Below, piece by piece: positions 48,831 through 51,331 of a stretch of DNA of 51,331 nt. The notes under the pieces are model-generated. The model was given only the letters and a program-made list of their open reading frames with translations. It was not told the origin of the DNA and ran no database searches. Origin of the DNA: Phycisphaeraceae bacterium (lineage in GTDB: Bacteria > Planctomycetota > Phycisphaerae > Phycisphaerales > Zrk34); contig JBBDRF010000020.1 of the NCBI GenBank assembly GCA_040905565.1, forward strand, positions 1 to 51,331. Direction: 5' to 3'. A program made the position numbers and the translations under genes. The first letter of the stretch is position 1. The number at the start of each line of letters is the position of its first letter.

Positions 48831-49307
48831 ATGAACCGAAGGTATGTCCTGCTTTGGGTGCTGCGCGGGATGGGGTTCGGCGTGGCGGCGATTGTCGGCG
48901 TCCCCGCCATCGCCACGCTTATCTCGCCAGCCGTCCGCGCACGGCGCGAGCCGATGTGGCAGACGCTCGGCTCGCTCAACGCATTCCCTGTAAATTCCGT
49001 CGAAAAGGCGATCGTCGACATTTCCGACGGCGACCGCCCCCGCACGCTCCGCCGCAAGGCCGTTTTCGTCTGGCGTCGCAGTGTCGAGGAGGTCGTCGTC
49101 TACTCACGCAACTGCACGGACCTCAGCTGTCCGGTGACGTGGGACGCCGGCAGCGGCTGGTTCTTCTGCCCGTGTCATGGGGGCATCTTCAACCGCGAGG
49201 GGGTGCCGGTGGCGGGCCCGCCTTCGATGCCGTTGTTTCGTTACCACACGCGCGTTCGCAACGGCGTGCTCGAGATCGACCTGCAATCACTGCCACCCAT
49301 GACCTGA
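48831..49307 (+). CDS. Rieske-type iron-sulfur subunit, non-canonical box 1
   Basis: N-terminal RR plus TM helix; CTDLSC; FFCPCHGGIF; GPP. Confidence 0.85.
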   Translation: MNRRYVLLWVLRGMGFGVAAIVGVPAIATLISPAVRARREPMWQTLGSLNAFPVNSVEKAIVDISDGDRPRTLRRKAVFVWRRSVEEVVVYSRNCTDLSCPVTWDAGSGWFFCPCHGGIFNREGVPVAGPPSMPLFRYHTRVRNGVLEIDLQSLPPMT

Positions 49308-49340
49308 GGGACCGATCGAGATCATGCGAGGGGGTCGCAC

Positions 49341-50771
49341 TTGCCATCGAAATGGGGGGCCTGGATCGAAGATCGATTCGGGCTTGAGGAAATCTACCGC
49401 AGCTTCCTGCACCGCCGTGTGCCGAAGACCGCCTGGTATCATGGCGACGGTGCCACGCTTCTGCTGCTGCTGATGGTCCTCATCGCCACCGGCATGTTCA
49501 TGACGCCGACCTACTCGCCCGACCCGGACACCGCCTACCAGAGCGTCAACCGTATCACGCAGGAGCAACTGCTCGGCTGGTTCGTCCGCTCGCTGCACTA
49601 CTGGTCGGCCGGGCTGATGATGGTGATGCTCGTTTTTCACCTGCTCAGGCAGATTCTGCTGGCCGGCTACAAATCCCCGCGCGAAGGCACCTGGCTCCTC
49701 GGCGTCGTGATGTTCTTCCTGATCATCCTGATGGCCTTCACGGGTTATCTGCTCCGCTGGGATGAGCGAGCGCTTCATGCGCTGCGCGCCTCGCTGCACA
49801 TGTTCTGGAACGTGCCGATCATCGGCGAACGGCTGGTCGTCTTCATCCAGGGCGGCTACGAACTGGGCGCTCAAACGCTTACCCGCATCTACGCCGTTCA
49901 CGTGGTGTTCGTGCCGATGCTGCTGATTGCGTTCGCCAGTTATCACCTGTACCTGGTGATCGTGCGTGGCGTGACCTCCCCCGCGGAGCGTCAACAGCCG
50001 ATCGAATCCGCTCAGCAGCAGAAGGAACTTTACCACCGCATCGAGCAGGACGAATCGCGAAGCGAGACGTTTCACCCCTATACCACCGCGAAATCCGGGG
50101 CGATGGCGATTGTCGTCTTCATGCTTGCGGTCGTCCTTGCGATCGTCGCTGGGCCTGCGCCGTTGCAGCCGGAAGCGAACCTGGTGGAGCGCGCTTTCCC
50201 CGCCGAGGAGTGGTACTTCTACTGGTACAGCGCGCTGATTGCGCTGCTGCCGCCGTGGCTGGCGCCGAGTTTCGTGGTGCTGTTTCCGCTCGTGGTGTTT
50301 GTGGTGCTGGTGTTGTTGCCGTTCGTGGATCGCTCGCCGCATCGCGGATTCACGAAGCGCCCGATCGCGATAGGCGTGGTGGTGTTGACGGTGGTCGCGC
50401 TGTTGTACCTGAGCGATCTGCGCCGCCGTTCGCCCTGGACCGCTTGGCCGCGTGAGGCGCCACCGGCGGTGCCGACGGGCGTGACGCTGACGCCAGCGGC
50501 CGAGCGGGGGCGTCTGCTGTTCGCAGTACATGGTTGCAACACGTGTCATGCCGTGGCCGGTGATGGCGCGCAGGTCGGGCCGGACCTGTCGCAGATTGCT
50601 GAGCCGTACTCCTATGACGAACTGCGTGCCTGGGTGCTGAACCCGCCAGCGGAGGTGCCCATGCCCAGCTATGAGGATCGCATTTCGGAGGAGGATCTTG
50701 ACGCGATCGTGAACTACGTTCTGGTCGCCCAGACGTTCCCGATCGAAGTAAGGGAGGCGGAGGATGAGTGA
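49341..50771 (+). CDS. Cytochrome b fused to a C-terminal cytochrome c
   Basis: Four heme His (RSLHYW...FHLLR; AVH-14 aa-HL), YKSPREGTW, EEWY in the PEWY position, and CNTCH...MP. Confidence 0.9.
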   Translation: MPSKWGAWIEDRFGLEEIYRSFLHRRVPKTAWYHGDGATLLLLLMVLIATGMFMTPTYSPDPDTAYQSVNRITQEQLLGWFVRSLHYWSAGLMMVMLVFHLLRQILLAGYKSPREGTWLLGVVMFFLIILMAFTGYLLRWDERALHALRASLHMFWNVPIIGERLVVFIQGGYELGAQTLTRIYAVHVVFVPMLLIAFASYHLYLVIVRGVTSPAERQQPIESAQQQKELYHRIEQDESRSETFHPYTTAKSGAMAIVVFMLAVVLAIVAGPAPLQPEANLVERAFPAEEWYFYWYSALIALLPPWLAPSFVVLFPLVVFVVLVLLPFVDRSPHRGFTKRPIAIGVVVLTVVALLYLSDLRRRSPWTAWPREAPPAVPTGVTLTPAAERGRLLFAVHGCNTCHAVAGDGAQVGPDLSQIAEPYSYDELRAWVLNPPAEVPMPSYEDRISEEDLDAIVNYVLVAQTFPIEVREAEDE

Positions 50772-51276
50772 AAGTCGAAGCGCTTTGACGGCACTCGCAA
50801 TCGTTGCGGCAATGGTGGGGGGGTGTGAGGGTGAGCGGTTGCAATCGATGTTGCATCCGTCGGGGCCGTCGGCTGAGCGGATCGCTGAGCTTTGGTGGGT
50901 GATGTTCAGCGTGTACTCGGGTGTGTTCGTGCTGACGATGCTGGCCCTGGCGCTGGCGCTTCGTGCGGGCCGCCGTGAGGAGCCGAGGCTCGGCAATCGC
51001 TTCATCGCCGTCAGCGGCATCGTGATTCCGCTGGTGATCCTTGTCGTCATGCTCGTGTACACGATCCGCGTCACGGCCGCCCTCGAGCCTCGCCAGACGG
51101 ACATGATCGTCGAAGTCACCGGTCATCAATTCTGGTGGGAGGTCCGCTATCCCGAGCACGGCATTGTGACGGCCAACGAATTGCACATTCCCGTCGGCGC
51201 CTCGGTGCAACTGAACCTGAAGGCCGCCGACGTCATTCATAGCTTCTGGGTGCCCGAGCTGGCGCAGAAGATGGAC
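50764..51276 (+). pseudogene. coxB: Cytochrome c oxidase subunit II, interrupted after WVPELAQKMD
   Basis: Lipoprotein-like start, two TM helices, GHQFWWEVRY, ANELHIP and DVIHSFWVP. The CuA CxExC motif is missing because foreign sequence starts at 51277. Confidence 0.85.
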
Positions 51277-51331
51277 GGTACAACCCGGGTACATAGTTAA
51301 CAGATTTTACCGGGTACATGGTTAACAGTTT
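51277..51331 (-). mobile_element. Insertion-sequence end (IS481-like)
   Basis: Abrupt AT-rich switch; two 19-bp direct repeats CCGGGTACAT(A/G)GTTAACAG at 51285-51303 and 51310-51328, as in the tandem transposase-binding sites of IS481-family ends. Confidence 0.7.

Noticed and set aside
51285..51328. Terminal direct repeats as the start of a CRISPR array
   Set aside because: 19-bp repeats with a 6-bp spacer are far too short and no cas genes are present; I saw no CRISPR array in the window.

Overview
High-GC bacterial DNA, almost certainly Planctomycetota, judged from DUF1501, PSD1/planctomycete cytochrome c, PVC-type heme proteins and planctomycete-type integrase/DUF1580 fragments. The centre is a small core block: tRNA-CAT (-), a conserved hypothetical gene and tmRNA (+). 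The two RNA 3' ends point outward into accessory DNA. To the left is a heavily decayed integrative element whose integrase, excisionase and primase-helicase are reduced to fused fragments. It still carries an intact, translationally coupled mksF-mksE-mksB operon plus a TOPRIM nuclease gene (Wadjet/JetABCD-like). Also on the left are a recurring AT-rich palindrome (GATGTTAACATC), a 226-bp imperfect inverted repeat, a sulfatase and a large PEP-CTERM protein. To the right is a probable copper cluster: CopB-type ATPase, CPCC beta-propeller, 4xHxxH/Met-rich lipoprotein, beta-barrel and DUF3147. After it come a PVC heme protein, a P2-type ATPase with PQGL instead of PEGL, gpsA, an OxyR-like regulator, PSD1/DUF1501/pentaheme genes, a stand-alone nuoB with a Rex-like operator, and pckG. 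The window ends with a Rieske-cytochrome bc-coxB operon that has non-canonical motifs (CTDLSC, EEWY); coxB is cut by an IS-like end. Family assignments come from motif recognition by eye; no searches were run.
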